This document shows positions 46,006-59,535 of a stretch of 64,000 bases of DNA, one piece after another. The translations under genes and the position numbers were made by a program. Source of the stretch: Acanthaster planci (taxonomy: Eukaryota); assembly GCF_001949145.1 (NCBI RefSeq), contig NW_019091359.1, positions 2,182,540-2,246,539 of the forward strand. Direction: 5' to 3'. The notes under the pieces are model-generated. The model made no database searches. It was given only the letters and a program-made list of their open reading frames with translations, and had not been told where the DNA came from. Position 1 is the stretch's first letter, and every line of letters begins with the position of its first letter.

Positions 46006-46251
46006 GACTATCTTAATGGCAGTTTGTCGTCATATTTTTCAAAGTGTCGACTAGAAGTTGGAGTGTTTAAAAATTTAAAAACTTGTGTGTGTGGATCCAA
46101 TCCATGCCTTGTCTCACTACAGTCTTTATAGCAGGCCGCGCAGGGCATCAGCAGTTTTTGCACAAAGCCCATGAACGCTCACCTTAACAGAAGGCTTATT
46201 ACCACAGTACAAGACCAAGTTGGATTTGTTTGGTGTCTTGTTTCTTCACAG

Positions 46252-46304
46252 CCGCCATCCAAGCCCCACCACAGGCTTCACTCCCAGCTATTATGCCCAG
46301 CTAA
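46252..46304 (+). CDS. WASHC4: Possible WASHC4 exon 37 (alternative terminal exon)
   Basis: Pyrimidine-rich acceptor tcttgtttcttcacag; phase 1 matches the donor at 45484; encodes AAIQAPPQASLPAIMPS*. Confidence 0.5.
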
Positions 46305-47370
46305 CTGTCCCAACAGAGGGCTCAAACATGCCACAGAGGAAAGGTATAGTTCAGACGAACTGGAGAAGTTACTGTGGACAAGTTATCTAATTATCAACGG
46401 AAGTCAGTTCTCTGGAAGTATCCTGGGTATCCTTGGATGGAATTGTGGGAAATTTGATAATGAACATCTGTGATGCAGAGAACCAGAGCAAAATCTCAAC
46501 AGCTCTTTGGAAAGGTGCGGATGCGGATGCATTGTTGACTATGTTTGTGTAGGGAAGAGCAAAGGCAGTCATTCTTACAAATAAAGATAACAAGATAACG
46601 AGGAATAAGTTGAGTGGCCAATTTTGCTGTGCAGAATTTGTTACCCAGTGAAGTCTGTTTAGGCAGGAGACTGGATCTAAGGTGACACCATTTATTGTCT
46701 TATGTATTAATTTGTTTGATGTTAAGATATGTTGAGAGTTTCGTTTTTTGATGAGGCTATGTATAGGACCTTTTATATCAGATTTTGTAAAAGGATTCTG
46801 GAAGCGTGGGGCCTTTTGTTACTGGTTTTCTTCATTCTTCCACCCCCACATTCTTTTGTCACTATGGTACAGCCCCCAAGATTGGATGTGGCACATTTTA
46901 AGTAAACTATTTTATAAATGAAAAGACTACAGGCTTGAATGTTGGAAATTGATTCCTTTCTGTGACTTGCCGCTACAGATTAATCAGCCGATTGTATTTC
47001 ATTCAGCAATTTCAAATTAACGAAATACTAAAAGTGGCGTGAAATTGTAGAAGCCATTGACAAAGATTTCTCTGGGTGGTCTCAGTATTTGCAACATGAG
47101 CTTGTTGCTGACATGTTGGTCTGGCTTTTAGAGTGAGTGTGTTTTGTCACAAGTCACAAAGAGCGTCCTGGGAAAACAGATCATCTGCCAAATTTGTTCA
47201 GCATTTAACAATATCGAAAATCACTAATTATTGAGAAATTGAACTATTGCCATGTCAGATTGAAAATCAACTGAAATCGTGAAAGGTTCTATGCCTGATA
47301 TATTTTGGATTTAATTTCCCGGTTGGGAAGGGAATGATGTCTGTATGAAGATGTATACTCACCTTATTTG

Positions 47371-47376
47371 AATAAA
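47371..47376 (+). terminator. Candidate WASHC4 polyadenylation signal
   Basis: AATAAA after an AT-rich 3' region; another AATAAA at 46580. Confidence 0.3.
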
Positions 47377-49803
47377 ATCAATTTGAATGTCCAGGACCTG
47401 GGGGAGGGGAGGAGTTCAATGACAACTGATGGGGGTGCCGTAATAACATAAAACAAAATGTATAAATGTCATTTTAGATGGAGCTCAGTGCTATAATCCT
47501 ACATTCCTATAATTTCTTCAGATCTCTCCATTAGAAGTTTTTCAATTGGAGAGGCAATGGAAACTGTTAACAACGGTGGTACGCGTTGTACATTTTGTTC
47601 TAACGTTTTCTGTCGATTTTGTCTGGTATACATGAAAATAGTTATTCGTTTCACAAAAAGTCTGATATTGAAATGTGAAGCGACTTGAGTGTTGCTTTGC
47701 TAAGTCGGCAACACGTCTTTCTCAAGTTGAATTTTTAAGATTTGTCTGTGGATCAAATTCACAAATTTAACAAGAAAAAAATCTATATATTGGATGGCCA
47801 GCAAGGCCTAGCGCCTGACATCCAGTTAAGTTGGAATGTGAAAAACCAGGAGTTCCCTTTATGGGGTAAATGATGCATGGAGAAGTAATTTTTATTAGAG
47901 CCGAGAAAGATTAGATAACGCTTTATTCTGTTCTTGAATGTTTCATGTAACTGTTATAATTTGTTCTCGCTCTGAAAGCGAACACAGCCTTTATTTGGAC
48001 TAATATTGTTATAAAAACATATTAATGATAATTATGAGTTGTAAGAACGGGCCATGATAGACCTTAGTTCTGCTGTGTCCCTCAGCTGAGCATCGACTGA
48101 AGATCAGTCCAAATATATCTGCGGAATGTCATGAGTAACCCTGTTTGAAAAAAAAATACAGTGAGAAGCCTCCATGTATTTGTTTTTCACAATTCCAGAA
48201 GCTGATTTCCAGAATTGTGGAATTATTTATGACAATGTATAAATGTGTAATTTACAAGCTGGCTGCAGAATGCTTGGAATAAGGAAAATGCATGCGTGAA
48301 GGAGGATTGTGAAACATTGCGGTCTTGAATTCCTTTTCATGCCCAAACAGAATTTTGAAAAGTGAAATCAGTTGCTCATTGAAAAAGATGTATTATTGTT
48401 CATAATGTATAAGTTTTATAGAAAATTCAATTCACAAATATACTAAAGTGTTGAACCACGAATCAACCAACCATTTACAATTGATTTGTGTGCAAAGCAG
48501 GCGTGTATTGGGCTGTTAATCACCGAAGTAAAGCTTGCCAAATATTTCTGAAAATTACAAAATGCGTAATTGCTTATTAGCTTATACTTTTCATGAATGA
48601 ATCTGCTTGACGTATTTCTACTTTAGGGTGTGCCATCTGAAGCACAGATTATCTATTTGTTACTAACGGTAAAGGTTTGGAGCATTCTTCTTATGTAAGC
48701 TTACCGATGGGGAAAAAATTATATAATTGTTGATCAATTACCCATGACTGCTTAAAACACCAAGAGGTCAATGGATTCAATCTGTTATACTTCAGGGTGG
48801 GGTATTTTATAAAGTGGATCCTGTTTGGGTTAATAAGTATACCAAACAAGTTGATAAATTGCGAAAGCGCTGCGCGTTGAAAGTCCTCAAAACGTCGGGA
48901 CCGATCCTCGCTGAAGATCCCTGAAAAAATGAACATTTTGGACTGCACACACAGTGACTGTGACTTTGTCATTCGGTTATGTTGTCTTTTACATTATCTT
49001 ACAAACCAGCGTTGCAGCTGACGTTAAGAAAAGGAAAAGCAAGTCATAAGTGCCCCCTCCCCCGAGTTTGCCCTTTTTCCATTGTGGGATTATTAATTAA
49101 TGTATATTATGACCAACGTAACCAGTGGTTTACAAGGGACGCGATCACACGATTTATCAGAATGGAACTTTGTTTGCATTCCGTAGCAAGTTGCATTTCC
49201 ATCGACAGTGTAACAAGCTAAAAGGTATTTTTATATAAATGAAATGTTTCCTACTGAGATAATTGTTCATAAATCTTAACAGAAGGCTGTATTCAGAGAG
49301 GGTGTATTCTGTTTCGAGTGGCCTTCTCATTTTTGCTTATATTCCTGTTCTAATCATGAGTGTTTGTTTGGACTGTTGCGCTTCGTCATGTGCTCTGTTT
49401 AATGTTCAAACTGCCATCACACGGTATGTAGGCCTAGTTAGAAACGAAAGGTGATCGTGATTGACAAGGCAGTGTGATATTAACCTTCGGTAATTAGGAT
49501 TTGATTGCGATGTAGTTCTCCGCCCTCCCCTTGCTCTGTAATGTTGACTTGCAGGCAGTTTTGAAACCAATCCTTCTACCCTGGCCACGTACATGAGTTA
49601 GTAAGGTGAAATGATTTGGGAACCTCTCAAATTAATTCGCTCAAAATAAGTTGCATGCGCTACATTTTCATTTCAACAGTTACGTTTATATTTGTCCATT
49701 GCCTTTTAGTTGAACGAGATGGCAGCCTGTTATGTAATATTTTGGCGGCAAGAGGCCATGAAACTTAAGTTTAATGAATAGATTTTTTTTATCAAATAAA
49801 TTA

Positions 49804-49854
49804 CCCTAACACTCCTCAATCCTTCACCTGTTGGAGCTCTGAGGAGTGTTAGGG
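49804..49854. mobile_element. Tiny piggyBac-like MITE / hairpin
   Basis: Perfect 15-bp TIR ccctaacactcctca / tgaggagtgttaggg; TTAA on the right, ATTA on the left. Confidence 0.6.
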
Positions 49855-50184
49855 TTAAAGCATCCAAATTCTGTGAACCAACAAACAACTTTTTTGACAC
49901 AAATAATGACCTGTGGTTGTTAATTATGTTCTAACTCCCGGGAAACCGTCTGTTTGTTGAATTCGGAGATTTATAATACACGGAAAGTAAACATTATATA
50001 AATTCTATATGCCCTGGTATTTTTAATTTGGAAAAGGAAGCATTCACTCCCTGTTACACAGTTAACACAAAAGGCATCGCTGTTAATGTTCTTTGTGATA
50101 CTCGACGATAAAACACGACTACAATGTGATCAATATTTTTTTAATTCATTTAAATCCCAATACTTAAAGGAAAGTTGTTTGAAT

Positions 50185-51516
50185 TCATGTTGTATTCCAC
50201 CTGCAGTGAGCTAAACAATGTCTGATCCTACGAAGTTCATTCCTGAAATCTTGCCTGAATCGTCTGTTCGCCAGTCCATAGATCAACGGATTAACGGCAC
50301 TATTGATGTACAAAGCCGAAGTGAGCACGCACAAAATGTTCACGTGTGTACTATTGATGATGGCTCCAGCATGTACCGCCAAGAACGTACAGATTAAGAT
50401 AACGTACGGCAGCCAGGCCAGGGTAAATACAACACTGGTAATGAAAAGCATCCTGGTTGTCTTTTGCTGAAGGACTTCGGCACCGGGCCTTTGCTGGGCG
50501 TGTTGTACCCCGTTAGCTGATGGCGCTTTGCTCGATTGCATTTCCGTAGGATTGACACCCTGATTTATCTTATGTGACACGCCTGGAAGCGTCGCTTGGT
50601 CTGTGTCGAGGTGAAGACAGCTCTTCGCTGCTGCTTCTTGGGACAAACTGCGAATGTCTTCACTTGACGGGGTGTTCGCATTGTCAACTGTAGCACACAT
50701 TTTCCCAGGGTTGGTTTGCGAGGTACCCGGTTGGTTGGAGGCATGTGGCACTTGGTTGTTAACTGAGATTGTCGAGAGACACGACGCAGCTTTGTCCATA
50801 TTTGGCGTACTTAAATTGCTTACGTCTTTTGCTGCGTCAAGTATTTTTACCGAGCGCTTGCTGACACATCTTAAAGCGTATTCGTTTCCCGTTGCTTTCC
50901 CATCAACAGCGACTCTGACGTGTTTGCGGACGGTCTTGTAAATGTTACCGTAGGAAAAGACAATCACCACAAACACGATAAGGAAAGTCAAGATTTTTAC
51001 TGCTGCTTCAATGTAGAAAAGGAATGACACTGACCAGTCGTTGGGTTGTCGCGCTAACGACGGGATGACGATTGCTACCGACATGAGTATTGCGGCAAAA
51101 ACAGCAATCTTGCTCCTCCTTGGCGTGAAAAATCGACTTTGGGCGCGGCATATGCAGTCGTAGCGATCCAATGCAATGAGCCCCGTGTTTAAAGCCGAAT
51201 ATGCGACGGTTGCATTTTCAGTGGGCCGGATGTAACGGAGGATGAGATTATTGTCTATGTTTGGAGTCGTCAGAGCTAAGACTGTTCCAATTAAATGTGG
51301 AATTCTTAATGTACAGACAGCGAGATCGGCCCAGGCCAAGGCCATGATCAGGACATGGGTGCTAGTCTTACGGGTCTTGGTCCAGTAGACACGGAGGATG
51401 AGGCAGTTGCCAGGCACGCCAAAAAGGAACAGAAGCGAGTTCACAATTACTTCCAAATAGAACCAGAACGAATGCTGCGGTACGAACATTTCGTTAAATC
51501 TCGAGACGTTTTCCAT
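50185..51516 (-). CDS. Single-exon class A orphan GPCR with long ICL3, 443 aa, intact
   Basis: GVPGNCLILRVY, LAWADL, IALDRY, FTLAWLPY, NSAVNPLIY, helix-8 F(R)QDF; long Ser/Thr-rich third intracellular loop. Confidence 0.94.
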   Translation of the reverse strand: MENVSRFNEMFVPQHSFWFYLEVIVNSLLFLFGVPGNCLILRVYWTKTRKTSTHVLIMALAWADLAVCTLRIPHLIGTVLALTTPNIDNNLILRYIRPTENATVAYSALNTGLIALDRYDCICRAQSRFFTPRRSKIAVFAAILMSVAIVIPSLARQPNDWSVSFLFYIEAAVKILTFLIVFVVIVFSYGNIYKTVRKHVRVAVDGKATGNEYALRCVSKRSVKILDAAKDVSNLSTPNMDKAASCLSTISVNNQVPHASNQPGTSQTNPGKMCATVDNANTPSSEDIRSLSQEAAAKSCLHLDTDQATLPGVSHKINQGVNPTEMQSSKAPSANGVQHAQQRPGAEVLQQKTTRMLFITSVVFTLAWLPYVILICTFLAVHAGAIINSTHVNILCVLTSALYINSAVNPLIYGLANRRFRQDFRNELRRIRHCLAHCRWNTT

Positions 51517-52505
51517 AGTTTCTTATCCCGGAATGATTGGCAAAAGCGTGGTTACTGTCACTGTATTTGGTAAATTTAACTCTTTGCGAATGATGCACAG
51601 CACACATGGTCTTTGATTCAAAATTGGCATCGACAGATAGCCGCACCTTACCAGCCACTAGGAGCGAAAGTCCAATGTCACTTAAACGTTAATTGGCAGG
51701 TTTGCATCTAAGGTAGCTCACATGATAAACGCCCACGCATGTTTTCCTATGTTGTAATTATACAAGCGGAGTGTATGAGCGACGCCGAATCCATTCAGCG
51801 ATATTAAAGTTTAGATATAACAATGAGGCAATTATGAATGCAGCCGTTGGCATGGTAAATTTCAAACGATGTATACCTTAAGTCTGATCATGGTAGCAGC
51901 AAATTTTGGTAAATAATAATAACTGTGCGTCCATTGAACAGTAATATCCAACTACACTAAAGTACCCCCCTATGTTGCAAAATTGAAAAAGTTCCATATT
52001 AATAGGGCGGCACTCCGTTATTTTGTTATTAAAAGTCACTACTTTCACAATGAACTGAAAGGTCCATTATAACTTTGAAATGGGCGGGTTCATCTCTGAA
52101 ACGTGTGACGTGTTTTGATTTGATTTGGTTTGGTTGCGTTTTCTCTCGTATATTTTTCTTTTCTTTCGTTTTCTTTTGGTTTTTAATCGACCGAGGATTA
52201 TTTCTGCAGTATTGGCGTATGAAATATTGCTTTTATTGTGACCAGACACTCGCAGAGTGTTCAGCACGAGATCAACATTATTTTCTTTTGCTTGTTAATC
52301 AGTCGAAACAGCACATTCATGATTAATTTCACATCTTTCTAACTTTTTCAACAACACGTGGCCTCGAAACTTCACTTACAGTCTCTAACAAGAATTGAAC
52401 AAGTTAGTGGAAGGTCTTGGGTTGAGTTCTGACCGTGCATGCTTGAAAATCTTTTTTCGTCGGTGGTTAGGATGTTTGCTAAATATTGGTTCGCGATATA
52501 ATCTC

Positions 52506-52694
52506 TATGGGCGGAGATCCCAGGGCTTGGGGTAGACCTATATCCCGCCACTTTTTTGGGGGGATGACCAATTTAATTATCTCCCCCCACCCCAATTGCA
52601 CACGTTTTTCAAGTCACTAGCATTATGCACACGCTACGCATAAGGATGACCTTTCAGAAATCAAAGCCCCATGTGACAAGAGTCTCCGCCCATG
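52506..52694. mobile_element. hAT-like MITE with 8-bp TSD
   Basis: TIR atgggcggaga / tctccgcccat; flanks ataatctc (52498-52505) and ataatctt (52695-52702). Confidence 0.75.
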
Positions 52695-54811
52695 ATAATC
52701 TTCATCCATTTCTGATGTCAATCTCGACGGATTAGCTGTTTTCAGACATCACTATTTTGTTTTAAGACTTCTGAAAGCTTGAGAGGTCTACAAATACGCC
52801 AGGTTGGCCAAAATTTCTGAAACTATCCATTTTTATATTCAACTTTTAGGATTCCCAAATCAACAGAATGGAGCTTGAAATAGATACAGTGAATACATGA
52901 ATTTGTGACAGTAGGAGTGAAGATTTTAATTTCACTGTAACCAGTTTTGTTCTTTGTTCAAATACAAGTTGCCCCTATGCAACACTTCCTTTGAAGTATT
53001 TTTGGGCATGTTCTTTTACATTTTCATTGAAAATAAAACCAATCGGATGAGCTTTACTAATTATGTCCTTGCTCATAACGAAATCTGATGATATCTAAAT
53101 TATGATGGAAATACATAATTTATTCTCACTTCAAAGTTCTTTTTTGGAAACGCAGCTAAATGATGCCGAATAATAACATCAGACCCTGCAGCCAGAAAAA
53201 AAAATCCAAAATAGAGTAGGGGACCAACATATTACGTGTCAGGAAAAAACATGCTCTTTCAATGACCCTAAAAATCAGTTAAGGGATATCAGATTCAAGG
53301 ATTGCGAAGTCCAGTCAGGTAGATTAGCCTTACGTTTTGTTTTGCTGTTACCCAAACCTCAAATTTTGCTTTTGGGTCCTCTAGCAGCTGCCTGGGGCTA
53401 CTCTACATCCTGGCTACGTTATTGTCTTTATGCACACCTGCAAACATTTTAAACAACTGTTTTGAAACATGTTTCATGTGGATTACTTTTATATTACATT
53501 GTAGGCCTGTTTACAAACCGAATGACTACATTGGATAATTACTGCTTGGTCGTTCTCCTGGGCCCTGTGGTCGACTTCATTGTTTCCACCTAATGCGCTG
53601 AAGCACCCACTTTGATTGATGTATTGTTTTTTGGCGTGCTGAACGCGTAAAATTGAGCGGTGTAAAATTAATTGAGCTATCATCTTTTCGATCTGTTGCG
53701 TTTAGTGAAGGGCCTCGATTTTGCTCAATTGTGTTACTGTCGACCAGGAAGGCGGTTAAAACCGTCAGGGAGGGGATTAAGAACAATAGGTGCATTCGGC
53801 CAACAAAGCTACCAACATTGAATAATGGTTTATAATTTTAGAAAAAAAAATTGTAATAAAATTTTCCTATATTTCTTACGACTCAGGATATTTAGTATTC
53901 GGGGAAAAACTTCCATTGTGCCTCCGAACACCGAAACATAAAATTTAAAAACAAATGCAGGAAATATGAAACCAATATTATATAGCTGACTTGCCTGTCT
54001 CCTCTTAAAATTACAGCTCGTAAACTAGCTACCTTTTGTTTTATTCTACCCCAACCTTTCAATTTTATGCTATGTTGACATCCTGTGAATAAAACTGTTG
54101 ATCTTCTCTGCCGTTCTAGGGAATGTCAATATCTTTTCAATGCCACATCTATATCCTTCTTTGTTTGACGCATAAGCAACTGTTTGTTTTAAATTAAAGT
54201 TTTGCCAAAACGTTGTTTGAAATTCCTTTTTATATTCAAAAATAGACAGAGAGGGAAGATGTATAATAGCAATGTTTACCTCTACTGTTTCCTTTATTGT
54301 TTGACAGAGATTAAATCGATTTAATTATGTCAGCTCCTATTACGTAAATTCGTCATTTATCACAAACCAGTCAGAAAGCATTTAAAGAGCATAACTTTGA
54401 TAATAGGCTGTCATATCAACTTACCAAAAGGACACCCAAAAATATAGTAGAATATAAACAAGTCTATGATTTTGATCAATTAAGTTCATGGGCAAATCGA
54501 GGCTCAATTGGATTGAAAGCTCCTGTAGACCACTCAACATTATGATTAATTAAATAGACGTGTGCGGTACAGAAGGAAATTCACTTTTGCCCCCTAGAAG
54601 ATCCCCAACCCTGACATGAGTTAAATTGAAATTTTGTGTATAAGCCTAGGCTACGAAACCCACTCAAAATAAATTCTGTTTTTTATACTTATCTTTTGCC
54701 GCATTAATGTAGAAAAACATGGCTTCCAAAGCCAGTGAGAAGGGCCGATCATTTCAAACCATGCTAGTTTATCACAATAGTGTCACATCATTGGTCTACC
54801 ATTAAAATAAT

Positions 54812-54870
54812 GCAAAAGCGCTTTGATATTAAGTTTAAAAAGCGCTATATAAGAACCAATTATTATTATT
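54812..54870 (+). mobile_element. 3' tail remnant of an L2/CR1-type LINE or partner SINE
   Basis: aaagcgctttga...aaaagcgctatataagaaccaattattattatt, the typical gcgctatataa plus (att)n terminus. Confidence 0.55.
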
Positions 54871-55791
54871 CCCCAAGTCTACCAAAAGTAGATTTGGGGA
54901 ATACATGACTAAGAATGGTAATGCACTCTGCGGTTGTTACCACGATTTTTGTTGTAACCTTAATTCTTGTTAACCTGCTTTATTAAAGTGCTTTATTACA
55001 TCATTCACAAACTCATCGTTTTTTATAGAGGTTAATCGTATTGCTCACACAATGGGTGTTTGATATATAAATTCTTTTAAAGCTTTTACTACTGCAGTAT
55101 CACAACACAGCAGACTGAGTCATAAAGAATGACTTACAAAGAAATCAATAGTAGAAATTATTAATCGTCCAATTTAGTTTGAAACTAGCTTTTGATATGC
55201 TGCCAAAAAATACATGCTCGCATATTATCTATTTTCATCTGATATGATTCTGTCAGCTTTTTAAAAGCGAATGCTACAAGCAGAATAAAGAGAGAGTTTA
55301 AAAACCACGCAGATGTTTTTAGTTCAAAAGTTGCAGAAATATCAACCTGTTTACAATGTACATTTGTCCCAGTAACTTTAAAGAGGGTTGTATTTTGCAT
55401 TTAGTGTTTAGAAATGTGTATTATTATCTGTTGTTTTGATAAATTTTTACACCTTACTTTTGTACTAACGGCAAGCCATAGTTTTTGTAGTCACTTGTAG
55501 GAAAACCATGACTGTGACGTCAAAGAACAGACTATTAGCAATCTCATTTTTAGAGTTATTTCGAGTTTCGAAATGGCGATGTAAAGGCCTTTTCATACCT
55601 CAGGCGAATAAAGTGAAGCGAATTCGATGTTGTGAAACATTTTGACTGAAATTCACTCGATTTACAATGTGTTTAATTTTTGCGATTTCCGCAGCACAAA
55701 CATGGGATCTGACGCTCGCTTTCGCGCCAAGTATATGAACCGTCCTGAAGACGGAATTTCCGCATTTTCATTAGTTTCAAGGTTGCTGGCA

Positions 55792-57074
55792 TTAAGCTAA
55801 GCAATATCTGATCCTACAAAGCTCTTTCTTGAAATCCTGGCGGAATCGTCCAATCGCTAGTCCGTAAACCAGTGGATTAATGGCATTGTTGATATACAAA
55901 GCTAAAGCAAGCACATAAGAAGTCTCCAGATATACGGCATTGATGTCCGCACCAGCATGCAGAGCGAATGTTAAACCGTAGTGTGTGAAAAATGACAGCC
56001 ACGTCAGGATAAGCACCAGGCTAGTGATGAAAAGCATCCTGGTTGTCTTACGCTGCAGGAGTACACCGCCGGGCCTCTTTGGAACTTGGTGTGTCCCGTC
56101 ATCTGACCTTGAAGAGGACCGTGTGTCCTTAAATATGGCTTGCTCAGCTTTCTTCGGTGTATGCGTTTTTCTCTTGATGTCTATCCGTGCTTCTTTCCGC
56201 AGTGAATTGCAAACGACACTACTTGATGCGGTATCAGTGTTGTTGATATCCACCAGTGTCTGTTTGGTCTGTGAGATGCCTGCTTGATCCGAGGCAGCTG
56301 AATCGTGTCTGTGGATGTCTGTGGATACCGACACGGGTTTGTCGACATTTGCTGTGTCAAAGTTACCTCTGTCTTGTCCAGTGTTTATGACCTTTAAGGT
56401 GCTCTTGTCGACAACTGCCGAGTTGTATTCGTCTCCATCTTTTGGCATCTCATCAACGCCTATTGTGACGTGTTTCCGGATAATCGCGTAAATTTTTCCA
56501 TAAGCCACTACAATTACCGCAAACATGGTCAAGAGAGAGACTATGTAGAGTGATACCTGTGCCTGGTATGCGACAGGATTTAACCGATTCGTGATTCTTA
56601 TGAACTTCGGGATGGCAATCAGAAGTGAAGTCAGTAATGTAACAATAGCAGCTACCTCACTGCTTTTGAGGGTGATGAAGAACCGCTTTTGTGGGCGGCA
56701 TATACAGTCGTAGCGATCTAGCGCAATGACCATTGTGATTAAGCCCGAAAAAGCGATGGCCACATGCCCAACGGCCGCAATGGCACGAAAGACCAAATCG
56801 TTCTCATTAAATTTATTGGCCAGAGCTAAGGCCTTCTCTGCTACTGGGATGATCCTCAACGAGCAGACGGTCAGATCGGCCTAGGCCAAGGCCATGATCA
56901 GGACATGGGTGCTGGTCTTACGGGTCTTGGTCCAGTAGACACGGAGGATGAGGCAGTTACCAGGCACGCCAAAAAGAAGATCAGCAAGTTTACAATTGCT
57001 TCTGAAAGGTCAAACACGAATGAATCCTTTGACATGTCGTTTAACAGTTGGCTGGAATTCAAGGAGTTTTCCAT
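55792..57074 (-). pseudogene. GPCR paralog of 50185-51516, disabled by a 1-nt deletion in TM1 and TGG>TAG in TM2
   Basis: ATG 57074 (MENSLN) is out of frame with the body: 17 nt versus 18 nt between the Asn and Gly codons at ~56971-56990; LA*ADL at 56881-56883; the rest is open (DRY, NAINPLVY). Confidence 0.88.
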
Positions 57075-59535
57075 TTTAACGAGACGGTTTCTTATAAGTG
57101 GTCACTCATAATATGTAAGCGCACAGTATTCGTAGATAACTGTTATCTCCTCTGACATGAATGTGCATGATGCATGAAATCACACTATAGAGCGAAGGAT
57201 TGACGGCCGGTGTAGCCTTTGTGGCAAGTAAGTCGGTATCCAAGGTAACCGGAAAGGGAAACGTTTGCGTGTATTCTCCCATTTGCCATGACTTCAGCTG
57301 TGACGCTGAATATTAGGCCTTAGTGCCCTATTCTTGTTCGACTTAATGAGAGACACGACTATGGCGGTTGGCGTATTATAGAGTTTAGATATTATGCACT
57401 GGGGAAATGTTTGTACATTAAGCTTGAAGCAGCAACTGTTGGGTAATTTGTGGAGCCTTGCATAACATGGACGAAACTATCCAAATTTGGCCACAAGAGT
57501 TTACTTTTTCGAAGGGGGAACACAAAATATCCCTATTTCGTCAGGGATTACCGCCGTGTTACTTTCCATTTGCACGGGCGTTTATTATAATTCTAAAATC
57601 ATCGCCTTTTTTATTGTGAATCAAAGTTTTAGCGGTTGTGACACCACTTAGTTGTGGTGATTGTCTTGATGTGTGTAAGATAGATCTGAATCATTTTAAA
57701 TTTCAAAATACCGCGGATTGGGTTTCTAGATTTCACAACTTAATCACTCTTAAGACTCGAAAATCGTCATATCACTTGAAAGATATCTTGTAACAATTGG
57801 ACATATCTTGAAATAATGAAGTAATGCTCTCACGTGATTAAAAGTAACTTATGCATGCCCTAAAATCTTTGCAAACACGAGCTTTTGAGATCCAGTTTGG
57901 AATTAGGCCTAAACACAATACTCTCCATATACCGTTTCCACATTTCCACAAAAAGTCCCAATAACAGTCATAAGACGATGCATGACTCATGTTCAGAGCA
58001 CCCAATACGATCATTGACTGCCCCGTCAACTACCAACAGGAAACTGGAATTCGATGTCATTTCCATAAATTTGTCCAGGAAAACCATGCATGACTGGGGC
58101 CAACACTTCCAGCTATATAATGCACAGCAAATTCTCCTTTGTGATGGCTATTATTTATGCACGAGGACCGGAGAAAAATGCTCGACAAGAGTAAGAATCC
58201 GAAGACAGGTGTCATTCATTGTTGTATTAGCTTAATGAATAGCATTTTTAGGTAAAAAAAATTCTTAATTTTACCGATTCTCTTACTTTTAATAATACTT
58301 TTCACGAATTCAAGAAATAATTATTTATAAATCAACAAAAAATCATCTTATTGCCACTTCTTTAGGGTACTGTTCGTGCTATATTTATCTTTGTTCTTTC
58401 CCTTTTTCGACATGTAGTCTTCTTAGCTTACAGTTAAGAGACATATCAAGTGGTATTCCAATGGTTTAATCAAACATCCAGTGTTTTACGTGATACTGCG
58501 GACTGACGAGACGATGTTGCATAGGACGTAGCTAATGGGGTCTTGATTACATGTCATTCATTCCTTCCGCGTTGACTCTGCCACTTAATGGTGATTTGAA
58601 ACATGCTGATATCAGTCTTAGAAAAAATACAGTCCATTAAGGCCATAATTAGTGGCTCAACTTGGAGCACAACGATCGATTTCAAGGGCGCCATCAAGAG
58701 AGCGTTTTTTTCATTTCGTTTGACGCGTAGAGAGGTCACCTCCAACTTTGTGATGAATCAAATTAAAATTAAAAACCTCCATAACTAGTAGACTGGATTA
58801 AAACTGCCCAGATAAACGGCAGCAAAGTACGAGACTCGAAGAGTAGGAACAATTTCATCAAGAATTTTATTTGTGCTTTTCCATGTCGATTAAACAACGA
58901 CTAAGATTTTTATCAACCCCTGCACATTTTGGCAGGTTGTTCTCAACGCATCTGAGCGCTGCAGTTTGGAAAGTGTGACATCACATATCTAAGACCCGGA
59001 AGATAAACCATGACAACAAAATTGAGAATTTAATTGTGAAATTATTTACAAAAGCAACACTACATGTCTGTTAAACCTTATTTTTGTTAGTGAACAATAT
59101 GCTGTGTTGAATTTACAGATTGAAATGATTCACTAATCGAACATGCCATATTTCTCATTTAGCCACACGAGATCTTTAAAAACATTACTTCATTATCCTC
59201 GAATTTTACCCAGTTTACGTGTCATATTTTACACAGATAGGATTGATGTACTTTTTATTAGATTTTATCTCTCTTAAGACGTAGTTTTACACACCACACG
59301 AAGATACTGCATTCTTTTCTAGCGATGCTCCGAACCCGTGCGAGATGAAGACAGGGGCGTCATCACGGGCGTCGCCAGGAGTTTTCTTGGGGACCACTCC
59401 TTGCTGCCTCATCACGTCACTTATGGTCATATTTCAACTATTAAATCGTTCATTCAGACTGCCCAAGTGCCCCTCATTCTCCACCTTAAACATGAGAGGA
59501 TTTTTGTGCTCAAATTGTTGTCATTAAGTGAGATT

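Noticed and set aside
56881..56883. TGG>TAG in GPCR copy 2 as a second editable stop, implying a shared recoding system with CTL1
   Set aside because: The gene also has an upstream 1-nt frameshift and lies outside the WASHC4 transcript. CTL2 shows TGG>TGA, so Trp-codon nonsense changes are simply common G>A transitions.
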